Positions 1 through 10,059 are shown, numbered from the stretch's first letter. The stretch: 64,000 nucleotides of DNA from a candidate division FCPU426 bacterium (GCA_040756875.1 JBFLYH010000001.1:1212878-1276877), one strand, 5' to 3'. Notes: generated from the sequence alone by a model not told the origin. Numbers and translations are program-made.

Positions 1-79
1 ACATGGTCACATTGAACAAGGCTTGCGTCGGCCCGTAGTAAAAATCCAGGTTCGTCACTTCAATCGAGATTTCAGGCAT
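1..79 (-). CDS. pstB: Phosphate ABC transporter ATPase PstB, N-terminal fragment (runs off the window)
   Basis: Manual translation from ATG at 79: MPEISIEVTNLDFYYGPTQALFNVTM, a typical ABC ATPase start, directly downstream of pstA. Confidence 0.75.
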   Translation of the reverse strand, partial: MPEISIEVTNLDFYYGPTQALFNVTM

Positions 80-177
80 AGATCCACCTTCTTCTTTGCC
101 GGCAGCAGGCTGCCGGACTGATTGCTGGCTGCGAACCGCCTTGCCGTCTGTGCGCCGCGCGGCGGCCCGAAGAGCGG

Positions 178-1035
178 TTACCATTGGTACTTCTTGCGGA
201 AATACATGCGCAGAATAATGGCGCCAAGGTTAAGGCCCAGAACCAAAGCCAACAGCACCAAGGCTGTGCCATACTGCATGGGACGCACCAGCTCCATTTC
301 CGGATGCTGGGTGGCCAAAATATACAGGTGATACGGCAAGGCCATGCACTGATCCATGATCGAGGCGGGCAATTTGGGCAGAAAAAACGCCGCCACGGTC
401 AGCAAAATCGGCGCGGTTTCTCCCGCCACCCGGCCCAAGCCGAGTATGGAGCCGGTCATCATGCCCGGCACGGCATAGGGCAGTACGTTTTTAAAAATAG
501 TCTGCCATTTGGTGGCACCCAACGCCAGGCTGCCCTCCCGGAACGACTGGGGCACGCTCCGCAGCGCTTCTTCGCTGGCCACAATGATTGTAGGCAAAAT
601 CATGCAGGCCAGGGTCAGATTGCCGGCCAAAATCGAGGTGCCGAAGTTTAGAAAGAGCACGAACAGCCCCAACCCGAACAACCCGAACACGATGGACGGC
701 ACACCGGCCAGGGTGACGATGGCCAGCCGGACCAGGCTGGTGAAGCGGCCTTGCTTGGCATATTCGGACAGATAAATGGCCGCGGCCATGCCCAGGGGCA
801 AAGCCACGGCGATCGTGCCCACAACAAGGTAGAAAGTGCCCACGATGGCCGGAAAAATGCCGCCGGCAGCCCCGGCGCGGGACGGCGCTGCGGTCAGAAA
901 TTTCCAGGAAATAACCGGCAGCCCGTTCCAGACAATGTCCAAAATAATGTAGCCAATCACAGCCACCACGAGGTAATTAACCAGGCGAATGGCCCAAATC
1001 CACACGGTTTCCCACTGCGATGCTTTTAGCACCAC
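178..1035 (-). CDS. pstA: Phosphate ABC transporter permease PstA
   Basis: Multi-TM protein with LAGVPSIVFGLFG, EGSLALGATKWQT and GETAPIL motifs; pst operon context. Confidence 0.95.
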   Translation of the reverse strand: MVLKASQWETVWIWAIRLVNYLVVAVIGYIILDIVWNGLPVISWKFLTAAPSRAGAAGGIFPAIVGTFYLVVGTIAVALPLGMAAAIYLSEYAKQGRFTSLVRLAIVTLAGVPSIVFGLFGLGLFVLFLNFGTSILAGNLTLACMILPTIIVASEEALRSVPQSFREGSLALGATKWQTIFKNVLPYAVPGMMTGSILGLGRVAGETAPILLTVAAFFLPKLPASIMDQCMALPYHLYILATQHPEMELVRPMQYGTALVLLALVLGLNLGAIILRMYFRKKYQW

Positions 1036-1036
1036 G

Positions 1037-1909
1037 TCACCTCTGGTATTTTCTCAGCACGCGCTGAGCTATCAGATTTAGAACAAAGGTGGCGATCAGC
1101 AGCATAATGCCGATCCAAAACAGCGCGCTGTAGTGGACCGAACCAAAGGCCACTTCCCCCATCTCCGCGGCAATGGTGGCGGTCATGGTGCGCACGGATT
1201 CAAAAGGATTAAACGTCAAAATGGGCGCATTGCCGGTCACCATCAGAACGGTCATGGTCTCGCCAATGACCCGTCCCATGCCCAGCATCACCGCGGCTAC
1301 AATTCCGGACAAAGCTGCGGGCACGGTAACCCGCCAAATGGTCTGGAGGCGGTTGGCGCCCAAGGCCAGCGATGCCTGTTTGTAGGCTTTGGGCACACCC
1401 TTCAAGGCGTCCTCGGAAATGGAGATGATCGTCGGAACGGCCATGAGCGCCAGCAACAGGGCTCCGGTCAAAGCCGTGAGGCCGCTGTCGAGATGGAATG
1501 TTTTTTTAACCAGGGGCGACAGCACCACCAGCCCGAAAAACCCCAGCACCACGCTGGGAATGCCGGCCAGCAATTCGATAAAAGGTTTAAAGACTTCCCT
1601 CTCCAGCGGCGTGGCCAGTTCGGCGAGATAAACGGCGCCCAACACGCCGAAGGGAACGGCAAACACGGTGGCCAGCAAGGTCACCAGCAGAGACGCGGCA
1701 AAAAGCGGATAAATGCCGAACCGTTCTTTGACAAAAGACACCGGTTCCCAGCGCGTATCAAACAGCGCGCCCAAGCCGAGCTGCTTGACAAAGGGGACGG
1801 ATTCCTTGAATAAAAACAGAAATATCAACAGCACAATGACGACACTCGCCGAGGCGGCAACTTGCAGCAGGTGTTTGATGATCAGGTCGCCAAGTTGCTT
1901 GGCATGCAT
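1037..1909 (-). CDS. pstC: Phosphate ABC transporter permease PstC
   Basis: ELLAGIPSVVLG, ASLALGA, GRVIGETM and TMTATIA motifs; start set at ATG 1909 behind a GGAG RBS. Confidence 0.95.
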   Translation of the reverse strand: MHAKQLGDLIIKHLLQVAASASVVIVLLIFLFLFKESVPFVKQLGLGALFDTRWEPVSFVKERFGIYPLFAASLLVTLLATVFAVPFGVLGAVYLAELATPLEREVFKPFIELLAGIPSVVLGFFGLVVLSPLVKKTFHLDSGLTALTGALLLALMAVPTIISISEDALKGVPKAYKQASLALGANRLQTIWRVTVPAALSGIVAAVMLGMGRVIGETMTVLMVTGNAPILTFNPFESVRTMTATIAAEMGEVAFGSVHYSALFWIGIMLLIATFVLNLIAQRVLRKYQR

Positions 1910-1949
1910 AGGAGGCTCCAACGGTTCCGAATACGGTCGTTAAAATATT

Positions 1950-1985
1950 TTCGGGAACGGCGGACAGGCACCCGCCGTTCCCGAA
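1950..1985 (-). terminator. 14-bp hairpin between pstS and pstC (mRNA stabiliser or attenuating terminator)
   Basis: TTCGGGAACGGCGG (1950-1963) is the exact reverse complement of CCGCCGTTCCCGAA (1972-1985). Confidence 0.65.
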
Positions 1986-1996
1986 TGATCCCAGTC

Positions 1997-2836
1997 TTAT
2001 TTCGATACAAAACCCATCTCTTCGACAATGGTCTGCCCGGCAGCGCTGAGCATAAAATCCACGAAAGCTTTGACTGCGCCCTGCGGTTCGCCCTTGGCAT
2101 ACACGAATAAACCGCGGGAAATCGGATAAGAATTGTCTTTAACCGTGGGCACGGACGGCAAAATGGCAGGCGAGGAGGCGTCTTTGCTGATTTTCAGCAC
2201 TTTAACCTTGTTCCCCGCTTCCTGCACATAGCCCAGGCCCACATAGCCAATGGCATTCAGGTCCTCTGCGACTCCCTGGACAATGGCAGAGTTGGAGGCC
2301 AGACGCCGCGATTTGACCGAGTAATCTTTCATTTTGAGGACATGTTCCTGAAAGAAGGCAAACGTACCCGAGCTGGAATCGCGGGTATAAAGCAGAACTT
2401 TGCCTTCGCCCCCGCCCACGCCGGCCCATTTGCTGATCTGGCCGGTGTACAGTTGTTTGACTTGCTCCATGGTCAGCGAAGCCAGGGGATTCGAGGGATT
2501 GACGATGACGGCAATGCCGTCCAACGCCACGGTATATTCCTGGACTTTCAAGCCCTGCCCTTCAATGGTGGCTTTTTCCGACGCCTTCATTTCACGCGAG
2601 GCATTGGCCAAGTCGGTGGTGCCGTTGATGAGCGCCGAGATGCCGGTGCCCGAGCCGCCGCCGGTTACCGCCACTTCCATGCCGGGATTGGCCTGCATAA
2701 ACTTCTCAGCCCAGGCGCTGGAAAGGTGCACCAGGGTGTCCGACCCCTTGACCTGAACCGTTTGCACAGCCATTCCGCTTCCAGCGAGGGCGACGCAGGC
2801 GGCCAGAACTCCCGCAACCAACATAGTTTTCTTCAT
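1997..2836 (-). CDS. pstS: Phosphate-binding protein PstS
   Basis: Signal peptide; GSDT, GGGSGTGI, ANASR, RDSSSGT and YPISR motifs. Confidence 0.95.
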   Translation of the reverse strand: MKKTMLVAGVLAACVALAGSGMAVQTVQVKGSDTLVHLSSAWAEKFMQANPGMEVAVTGGGSGTGISALINGTTDLANASREMKASEKATIEGQGLKVQEYTVALDGIAVIVNPSNPLASLTMEQVKQLYTGQISKWAGVGGGEGKVLLYTRDSSSGTFAFFQEHVLKMKDYSVKSRRLASNSAIVQGVAEDLNAIGYVGLGYVQEAGNKVKVLKISKDASSPAILPSVPTVKDNSYPISRGLFVYAKGEPQGAVKAFVDFMLSAAGQTIVEEMGFVSK

Positions 2837-2878
2837 GGTTATTTTCTCCTTTGATTTTATTTATGCTTTTAATACACG

Positions 2879-2923
2879 TGCTTTGTTAGGATTCCGTGAG
2901 CGTTTGTTTAACATTTGGTTCGT
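2879..2923 (-). promoter_or_regulatory. Pho-box-like 11-bp-period repeats upstream of pstS
   Basis: Minus strand acGAACcaaat-gtTAAAcaaac-gcTCACggaat-ccTAACaaagc, cores exactly 11 bp apart. Confidence 0.5.
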
Positions 2924-2935
2924 TTTGCCTGGGTT

Positions 2936-4141
2936 CTAGTAGCTCAGTTCCACATCCACTTGCGTCCGGTGATAACCCGTGCGCGAGAGATCCAAATCAG
3001 CCTTGATCTGGTTGTTGAAGTGGGTGGCCTTCAGTTTGACGCTGTCGGTCAGCATATAGGATGCGGTCGCCACATGGCCCAAGCCATCTGTGCCGCCGCC
3101 GAGAAAGTCGGAATCGCTAAATGCGCCGACCACGGCGTCTTTATCCAGCTTGCGCGCGTAGTAGCCGATATCCCAGCTGCCTTCGGCTTTGGCCTTGTTG
3201 AAAACAAACCCGGCCGTATAGCCGGTATTGCGGGAGGCCACGCTGTCATCGGCGTTTTTCACGGCATTGGCGTAGAGGGCCAGTGGAAAATCCATGACTT
3301 TAAGCGAAAGTTCCAGAAACGCCTCGGCGATTTTGTAATTATACGCATACTTCGTGGAAGCAGCCGCGGTGGTCAGAGTGTAGGTGGAGTAGGGAGGAAT
3401 GGTGTTCCCGTTGGGATCGGTAATGACCGTCCGGGTCGCAGCCGGCATTGCCACTGTGCTGTTGCCAAAGCCGCTGGTGGAGCTCACGAAAGTGGTCTGG
3501 TTTTTTGTGTCCTTATAGTAATAGTAACTGCCGCCAACCGTGTACTTGACATCCATGATTTTTCCGGTGAACCCGATCTGGCCGCCGTACATCATGGGAT
3601 CGAAATTGCTGCTTTGCTCCAGCAGCCAAAAACCGCCGCCTTTGGCGAACAGATTCGCCTCGGGAATGACCTCCACCTTGGCGCTGCCGGCAATGCCTTC
3701 CAGGGTCAGGTCGCCGTCCCAGATCAGCTGGTTTTTCCCGACATTGGTGAACGGATTGTCGATTTTACCCGCCTTGAGGGTGAGATTGTCAAACAACAGC
3801 TTGTATTCGAGCGCCGCCACGTCCAGGCTGAGCGGATCCTTGTTGAACACGTCGCCCAGGGTTTCGTTGGTGGACACGGGATCGGTCATGTCGTTCGTAG
3901 CCAGGCGGGTCTTGACCATCCAATAGTCGTCCAGGGGAGCGTCGAGGGAAAGCCGCACCCGGATGCGCTGCCGGTCGCGCTCCGTCGTCTTGTCTTTTTG
4001 GATGTTTTCAAAACGATAGCGCAAATCACCTTTAATCTGCAGTTTTTCGTACCAGCTGTCGAAGTCCGCGTGGGCCATGCCGGCGGTGAATACGCCTCCC
4101 GCACAGACTGCGAAAATCAAGGTTGCAATATGGTTCTTCAT
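2936..4141 (-). CDS. Putative outer-membrane porin (phosphate-regulon associated)
   Basis: Signal peptide; GDLRYRFE...RDRQRIRVRL start of the putative porin family; amphipathic beta-strands; C-terminal aromatic residue (ELSY); lies between phoR and pstS. Confidence 0.8.
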   Translation of the reverse strand: MKNHIATLIFAVCAGGVFTAGMAHADFDSWYEKLQIKGDLRYRFENIQKDKTTERDRQRIRVRLSLDAPLDDYWMVKTRLATNDMTDPVSTNETLGDVFNKDPLSLDVAALEYKLLFDNLTLKAGKIDNPFTNVGKNQLIWDGDLTLEGIAGSAKVEVIPEANLFAKGGGFWLLEQSSNFDPMMYGGQIGFTGKIMDVKYTVGGSYYYYKDTKNQTTFVSSTSGFGNSTVAMPAATRTVITDPNGNTIPPYSTYTLTTAAASTKYAYNYKIAEAFLELSLKVMDFPLALYANAVKNADDSVASRNTGYTAGFVFNKAKAEGSWDIGYYARKLDKDAVVGAFSDSDFLGGGTDGLGHVATASYMLTDSVKLKATHFNNQIKADLDLSRTGYHRTQVDVELSY

Positions 4142-4373
4142 GCCTTCGGTTCTCCTTTGGTCGGTTATGGTGTGAACATGAGCTGCCAGGCAGCCCAGTC
4201 TTCGGCTCTACCGCCTGCCCAATTTAGCTTTCTCACCTCCCCGCCTCAGAGTGGACCGTCTGCCGGAGTGTTTGGGTGGTTGTGCGCAGCGCGGATGTTC
4301 CCGACATCCGGACATCACAGGTGTTCATCGCAGGTGCGTCGGATGCAACGGTCGCGCGGATACTACGATCCGG

Positions 4374-4404
4374 CCTTTACAAAAGTATGAGGGGGAAGTT
4401 AGAA
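4374..4404 (-). promoter_or_regulatory. Pho-box-like repeats upstream of the porin gene
   Basis: Minus strand tCTAACttccc-cCTCATacttt-tGTAAA; the same CTAAC/CTCAT pair occurs upstream of phoB. Confidence 0.5.
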
Positions 4405-4409
4405 AATGA

Positions 4410-6176
4410 TTAAAGCGCGGCGGGCAGGTGCAGGGTAAACGTGCTGCCCGACCCGGGCAGGCTGCTGACAGTCACCCTGCCGGCGTGCACCTGCAGGATG
4501 TGCTTCACGATGGAAAGACCCAACCCCGTGCCGCCTTCCTTGCGGCTGCGGCCCTTGTCCACGCGGTAGAAGCGTTCAAATATCCGTTCCTGTTCCTCGG
4601 CGGCGATGCCACAGCCTCGGTCGGCGACTGTCAGTTGCAGCTCACGCGACCCGGCTTCCGCCCTGGCCGCAATGCGAATGGTGGTCTTGGGTTCGCTGAA
4701 CTTGATGGCGTTGTCGATTAAATTGACAATTGCCTGTTCCAGCAGATTGGCATTCGCTATAATTTCCAGATCCGGCGGGCACTCACATTCCAGGCGGATT
4801 TTTTTGGCATCCGCCTTGCTTCTGCAGGCGGCCACAGCCCGGTCAGCGATCAGCGCCACCTTTTCCCGGGCCATGCCGATCTCCGTACCCTCCGCCTGCT
4901 CCAGGCGCGACAGGGACAGCAAGTCTTCAATGATCGCATCCAGGCGCTTGGCATGCTGGTCAATGATTTTAAGAAATCGCCGCGCTTCGTCCCGGTCTTC
5001 CAGGGCGCCGTCCAAAAGGGTTTCCACAAAACCCCGCACCAGGGTAATGGGCGTTTTCAGCTCGTGCGACACGTTGGCCACGAAATCGCGCCGGATCTGG
5101 TCGAGCTGGCGGCGGCGCGTAATGTCGTTGAGCACCAGCACGATACCGCGCCGCTCTCCGTGTTCGTCCTTCAGGGGCATGCTGTTGGCTTGAAAATGCC
5201 GCTCCTGCCCCGCGTACCATACCAGTTCGGCCTCCAGCGGCTCGGAGGCGGCTTGTGCCCTGCCGACAAAAGCCAGCAAGTCCGGATGGCGCGCCACTTC
5301 GGACAGGCTGCGTCCCAAGGCGCGTTCTGCCGCCACTTCGAACAAATCGGCCGCAAAGCGGTTGATCTCAAGAATCCTTTCACCGGTATCCAGCGCCAGC
5401 ACGCCCTCCAACAGGCTGCCAAAAACCGCTTCTTGCTGCTGCCGTTGCCGCGTGACCAGCCGGATGCGGTCATCCAACTGGCTGGCCATCTGGTTCAAGC
5501 TCTCGGCCAGGTCTGCCACCTCGGCCGGCGCACGCACCCACAATGGTTGGGAAAAATCTCCGGATGCAAACCGTTTGGCTGCCTCGCCCATTTCCACCAA
5601 AGGCCGGTTCAGCCTCCGCGAAACCCAAAAACTCACGCCAGCCGCGACCAGGGCGAGCAACAGCGCGGCCAACGCCATGCGGAAATACGCAGGCAGCAGC
5701 AACTTTTCCAGATTGGTTTGCGGCACAGCCAGGCGCACCACCACACGGGGCGCGGAAGCCGGACGCGGCGGCAGGGCCAGGTAGAGCATGCGTTTTTGCA
5801 GGGTTTCGCTGAACCGATTCGCGACTCCCACTTGGCCGGCCCTGGCGGTTTGCACTTCAGGACGGTCGTTGTGGTTGACCAGGCGTTCGCCGTCCGCCTG
5901 CGAATCCGCCAGCACTTCCCCGCCGTCCGCAATCAGCGTGATGCGGGCCTCGGCCAAACCGGCGTATTCCTTCGCAAATTCCGAATAACGCTCCGGTTCG
6001 GCGGCTGCCAGCCGTTCTTGCACCCACCGGCCCCGTACGGCCAGTTCGGACTGCAGTTGCTCCCGCATAAACGCACGCCACAAACCCGTGGAGACCGCGA
6101 CTGTGGCAAGAATGGACAGAAGGGCCAGGACCAGGTATGTGGGAATGAGCTGCCAAAGCAGCCGGGAGCGGAACAT
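4410..6176 (-). CDS. phoR: Sensor histidine kinase PhoR (TM-HAMP-PAS-HisKA-HATPase)
   Basis: DFVANVSHELKTP H-box, NLIDNAIKF N-box, FERFYRVDKGRSR, GGTGLGLSIVKH. Confidence 0.93.
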   Translation of the reverse strand: MFRSRLLWQLIPTYLVLALLSILATVAVSTGLWRAFMREQLQSELAVRGRWVQERLAAAEPERYSEFAKEYAGLAEARITLIADGGEVLADSQADGERLVNHNDRPEVQTARAGQVGVANRFSETLQKRMLYLALPPRPASAPRVVVRLAVPQTNLEKLLLPAYFRMALAALLLALVAAGVSFWVSRRLNRPLVEMGEAAKRFASGDFSQPLWVRAPAEVADLAESLNQMASQLDDRIRLVTRQRQQQEAVFGSLLEGVLALDTGERILEINRFAADLFEVAAERALGRSLSEVARHPDLLAFVGRAQAASEPLEAELVWYAGQERHFQANSMPLKDEHGERRGIVLVLNDITRRRQLDQIRRDFVANVSHELKTPITLVRGFVETLLDGALEDRDEARRFLKIIDQHAKRLDAIIEDLLSLSRLEQAEGTEIGMAREKVALIADRAVAACRSKADAKKIRLECECPPDLEIIANANLLEQAIVNLIDNAIKFSEPKTTIRIAARAEAGSRELQLTVADRGCGIAAEEQERIFERFYRVDKGRSRKEGGTGLGLSIVKHILQVHAGRVTVSSLPGSGSTFTLHLPAAL

Positions 6177-6179
6177 AGT

Positions 6180-6869
6180 TTATTCCTGGAAGCGGTAGCC
6201 CACACCGCGCACGGTTTCGATGTACTTGCCGGCAGCCCCGAGTTTCTTCCGCAGGCCCACCACCTGCACATCCACCGACCGGGCGGTCACCGGATAGTCG
6301 TCGCCTTTTACGCCGTCCACGATTTGGTAACGGGTAAAAACCCAGCCGGGCTTGGAGGCCAGAAACTGCAGAAGGCGGAATTCAGTGATGGTAAGTTCCA
6401 GGCGTTTGCCCTTGACCCTCACTTCATGGCGTCCCGCATCGATCGACAAATCGTGGATTTCGAGTTTTCCGGTTTGGGCTTGGGGTTCGCCGGCGCCGGG
6501 GCGCCGCAAAACCGCGCGCAGCCGGGCGACCAGCACTTTGGGGCTGAAGGGTTTGGTGACGTAATCCGCGGCGCCGAGCTCCAGGCCGCTGACAATGTCG
6601 GTCTCCTCGCCTTTGGCGGTCAGCATGACCACCGGGATCTCCGCGGTCCCGGCCTCTTTTTTTAGCCGGCGGCAGGCTTCCAGGCCGTCCATGCCCGGCA
6701 GCATAAGATCCAGTAAAATCAAGACCGGCGGCTTCTGCCGGGCCATTTTCAGCCCTTCTTCGGCCGTGGGCGCAGAAACGATCTGGTAGCCTTCTTTGGC
6801 CAGGTTGTACCGCAGCAGTTCCCTGATGTCCTCGTCGTCTTCGATAACCAATATTCGCTGTTTCGGCAT
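6180..6869 (-). CDS. phoB: OmpR/PhoB-family response regulator PhoB
   Basis: REC domain (LLDLMLPGMDG, KPF) plus winged helix (RSVDVQV..LRKKL, ETVRGVGYRF); adjacent to phoR and pst. Confidence 0.9.
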   Translation of the reverse strand: MPKQRILVIEDDEDIRELLRYNLAKEGYQIVSAPTAEEGLKMARQKPPVLILLDLMLPGMDGLEACRRLKKEAGTAEIPVVMLTAKGEETDIVSGLELGAADYVTKPFSPKVLVARLRAVLRRPGAGEPQAQTGKLEIHDLSIDAGRHEVRVKGKRLELTITEFRLLQFLASKPGWVFTRYQIVDGVKGDDYPVTARSVDVQVVGLRKKLGAAGKYIETVRGVGYRFQE

Positions 6870-6895
6870 GGCGCAACCTCCCGCAATGACGCGCT

Positions 6896-6951
6896 TAGGG
6901 TATCAGAAGATCATGAGGGAATGGTTAGGAATTTATCACACTTCGGTTAAG
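6896..6951 (-). promoter_or_regulatory. Five Pho-box-like 11-bp-period repeats upstream of phoB (possible autoregulation)
   Basis: Minus strand cTTAACcgaag-tGTGATaaatt-cCTAACcattc-cCTCATgatct-tCTGATaccct. Confidence 0.55.
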
Positions 6952-7031
6952 CCGGGGCCAGCACGCTGCGCAGAAACGTATAAGCCTGCCGGCCGATGCC
7001 CGGGCATTTGCTTTCGCGCGGCCAAACCCTT

Positions 7032-7406
7032 TTAGGCATGGGTGGAAAACAGCGATTTCACCTTGTCCAGGAGCTCGTCGGGGTCGAACGGCTTGATGAT
7101 GTAATCGTCGCACCCCAGGGAAAATCCGTGCTGGGCGTCCCCGGGATTGCCGCGGGCGGTCAGAAAGATGATTTTCGTGCCTTTGAACTGGGGACGCCGC
7201 CTGATTTCCGAACAGACTTCGTATCCGTTCATGCCCGGCATCATGATGTCCAGCACCAGCAAATCCGGCTTCCAGGCTTCCGCCTGCTCCACGGCCTCGA
7301 AGCCGCTGGTCACGACCCGCACTTCATAGCCGTCCACTTCCAGGCTCATTTTGATGAGCCGGCCGATGGCCGGATCATCGTCCACCACCAAGATTTTCCA
7401 GTTCAT
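7032..7406 (-). CDS. Single-domain response regulator (receiver only)
   Basis: ILVVDDD, LDIMMP, FLTA and KPF motifs; ATGA overlap with the upstream gene. Confidence 0.92.
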   Translation of the reverse strand: MNWKILVVDDDPAIGRLIKMSLEVDGYEVRVVTSGFEAVEQAEAWKPDLLVLDIMMPGMNGYEVCSEIRRRPQFKGTKIIFLTARGNPGDAQHGFSLGCDDYIIKPFDPDELLDKVKSLFSTHA

Positions 7407-8833
7407 GACGTTTTCCCCTGTTCTGCGTCGGTGTCAGGCGCCTCCGCGGCCTTCAGTGCTTTGTCGATGGCCGCCAGGGCGTCCGGCGGTATGGGTTCTT
7501 CCTGGTTCATGGCCAGCCGCCGCAGGGACCGTTTGGCCGCCGCGGCTACGCGGCGTTCGCGGTCCCGCAAGGCGCGGGCCAGCACTTCCAGGGAGAGCGG
7601 GTGGTAGTATTCGCCCAGCGCCTGGATGATGCTCTCGCGTTGAAACGGATCGGCGGAGGATTCCCATTCGCGGATTACGGCCATGGCCTGCTCCGCGTCA
7701 TGCCGCAACAGCTGGACCGCGGCCAGGGCCCTTTCCTTCAGATTGCCGCTCTGGGTCTGCTCCAGCAAACGGGCCTGGGCCGAGGGTTCGGCCCCCAACT
7801 GCGGCGCCGCGCTTCCCGGCAGCCTGGGCCCCATCCAGGTGCCGCCCACCAAAGCACTGTACCCGCCGCCGGGCAGCCCGGCCATGTCCCGAACCATTTT
7901 CAGCATTTCCTGCTGGTACTTCATGATCACTTCCTCGCGCCGCGAGCGCATGCGTCCGAGGATCAGGAAGAACGCCCACACGATCGCGCCCAGGATCAGG
8001 ATGCCGGCCACGAAGCCGTAAATGACCATGCGCTGCTGGAGCGACACATCGCCCAGCAGGGATTTCATACGGTCGTCCAGGCGCTCCATGAACTGCCTGC
8101 GGTCCTGCTCTGACTGGTAATACAGGTTCTGCAGGCGTTCCATCGGCGCCAGAAACTTGGTGATCTGCCGGGCCTGCTGCTGCTGGAACGACAAGAGCAG
8201 CTCACTCATGGCTTCGATGTTCTTGGCGTATTCGGCCGCGTACGTGGACGCGGCGTCCGCGGATTCCTGGAAAGCCGCCGGCGCGGCATTGGGCGAACCC
8301 AGCCGGGGCGCAGCGGCGGGAGCGGGATTCGAAGCCTGCACCATGGCGGACGCCGCGAGCGCGCCGCCTTGGGCCAGGGTGTGGGCCGCGGCCTCCTGTT
8401 TGAGCATTTCCTCCCGCATGGCCTCGGGCACGAGCACCACCTTGTCCTCCGCGCGTTTGGGAGCAATCTCCTTGGCCGCCAATTCGTACATCTGCTTGAC
8501 CTGGCGGTTGCCCGGATCCATGGCATACGCCTGGGAGAGGTAGGTATACGCCTGGCTGTACTGTTTGGCCAGATACAGCCGGCTCCCGCGCTCAACCAAG
8601 ATCTTCAGCAGGAACACTTTGGTGCGCTGGTTCCCGGGGTCGAGTTTGAGGGACTCGTTCAATTGCTGAATGGCCTGCTGGGAATCGCCCTTGAGGTAAT
8701 TCTGAATAGCCTGGTCGAACAGAAACGCGGCTTTCCCCGGACCCTGGGCTTTGGGGTCGTCGGCCAGCGCCAGCCCCGGCCCGGCCAGCGCCAGCAGCAT
8801 CAGCAACACCCCGGCGGCAGTCAGGCGCCTCAT
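7403..8833 (-). CDS. Membrane protein: signal peptide, TPR, coiled coil, one TM helix, C-terminal HEAT-like repeats
   Basis: TPR-like LKLDPGN and AMDPGN repeats; hydrophobic MVIYGFVAGILILGAIVWAFFLIL; HEAT-like ERALAAVQL, RESIIQALG, RVAAAAKRSL. Confidence 0.7.
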   Translation of the reverse strand: MRRLTAAGVLLMLLALAGPGLALADDPKAQGPGKAAFLFDQAIQNYLKGDSQQAIQQLNESLKLDPGNQRTKVFLLKILVERGSRLYLAKQYSQAYTYLSQAYAMDPGNRQVKQMYELAAKEIAPKRAEDKVVLVPEAMREEMLKQEAAAHTLAQGGALAASAMVQASNPAPAAAPRLGSPNAAPAAFQESADAASTYAAEYAKNIEAMSELLLSFQQQQARQITKFLAPMERLQNLYYQSEQDRRQFMERLDDRMKSLLGDVSLQQRMVIYGFVAGILILGAIVWAFFLILGRMRSRREEVIMKYQQEMLKMVRDMAGLPGGGYSALVGGTWMGPRLPGSAAPQLGAEPSAQARLLEQTQSGNLKERALAAVQLLRHDAEQAMAVIREWESSADPFQRESIIQALGEYYHPLSLEVLARALRDRERRVAAAAKRSLRRLAMNQEEPIPPDALAAIDKALKAAEAPDTDAEQGKTS

Positions 8834-10059
8834 GGCAGGACCTCCCCTGGAACCGCGTTGCCCGGTTCCGGCGGCGGCTGCAGCCCCTGCTCTTCCTGTT
8901 CATCCGGCGTCGAGGGCGCGGGTTCCGGCGCTGCCGCCGGCGGCGTGGACATTTCCAGCAAGTCAATGACGCTTTTCAGCTTGTCGCGCAGTTCGACGGC
9001 TTTTTTGTTTTTCGGGTCAGCGGCCACGGCCGCCTGCGCGGCTGCAAGCGCGGCTGCATATTGGCTCCGGCCGTATAAACCCTCGGCCTCGTCCAAATAC
9101 CTGTGCGCCTCGTTCTCCTGCATCGCCGCCAGGGGCGCGCCGAATCCCAGCGAAGCGCTGATGAGGTGCGTCACGCCGAAGACTTCCATCACTTTAAGGG
9201 CGTAGTCCAGGCTCAGTTCCTGCCAGCGCACCCCGGCTCCGGCCTGGAACCCGTCCGTGTCATAGCCGAACTTGTAGCCGGCCCTCAGGACCACGCTCCG
9301 GGAAAAAGCGTATTCGCACCCCAGGTTGGCCCGCAGGGTGGCGTCCGCCGGATAGACCGCGTCGGCCAGAAGCATTACCGTATGGGCTGCGCCCAAGTCC
9401 ACCTGGTATCCTGCACCGGCCCGCATCACGAGGGGCAGGCTTTCCGAGGTTGATCCGAACGACGAGAGATAACCGAGGTTTTGGCAGCTCAACCCGAACG
9501 TCAGGTTATCATCCGCATGATACAGAGCGCCCAGATCCAGGGCCGCGCCCGAGGCGCTGACGTCGGCCAGCTGGCGGTGCAGGATTTTCAGGCCGGCGCC
9601 ACCGGCCAAGCCCGGGACACCCGCCCACTCGGGCAGATCCTGGGCGTAGGCGAACTGCACGCCCAGGTCGTACGCCGAAACCAGCCCCTCGTCCGCTCCG
9701 CTGGCTGAAAGCGCCTGGATGCCGGGCATGTGCAGCAGCATCAGGCTCGCGCCGAGCGCCGCATTGCCGAGCAGGGGCCGGACGTAGGCCAGGGACTCAT
9801 AGCGCGTATCCGCGATCCATTGCACGTGCATGGCCGAAATCCGGCTGCGGTCCGTGCCCGCCAATCCGGCCGGATTGTAGAACAAGGCATCCAGCTCGCC
9901 GGTCCGCGCGGCCGCGGCCTCGCCGGTGCCCACGCTGGCCGCACCCAACCCGATTTTGAGGAAATCCGCGCCGGTCGTCCCCCGCTCCGAGGCCGCGGCT
10001 GGCAGAAGCCACGCCAGGCTCAGGGCGATCGCCGGCAGAAGGAAGCGCATCGGAGTCAT
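8830..10059 (-). CDS. PorV/PorQ-like (FadL-type) beta-barrel with C-terminal TPR
   Basis: TGADFLKIGLGA...GEA...ALFYNPAGLA signature, LPLVMRAG, LRAGY; start moved to ATG 10059 (ATGA overlap). Confidence 0.82.
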   Translation of the reverse strand: MTPMRFLLPAIALSLAWLLPAAASERGTTGADFLKIGLGAASVGTGEAAAARTGELDALFYNPAGLAGTDRSRISAMHVQWIADTRYESLAYVRPLLGNAALGASLMLLHMPGIQALSASGADEGLVSAYDLGVQFAYAQDLPEWAGVPGLAGGAGLKILHRQLADVSASGAALDLGALYHADDNLTFGLSCQNLGYLSSFGSTSESLPLVMRAGAGYQVDLGAAHTVMLLADAVYPADATLRANLGCEYAFSRSVVLRAGYKFGYDTDGFQAGAGVRWQELSLDYALKVMEVFGVTHLISASLGFGAPLAAMQENEAHRYLDEAEGLYGRSQYAAALAAAQAAVAADPKNKKAVELRDKLKSVIDLLEMSTPPAAAPEPAPSTPDEQEEQGLQPPPEPGNAVPGEVLP

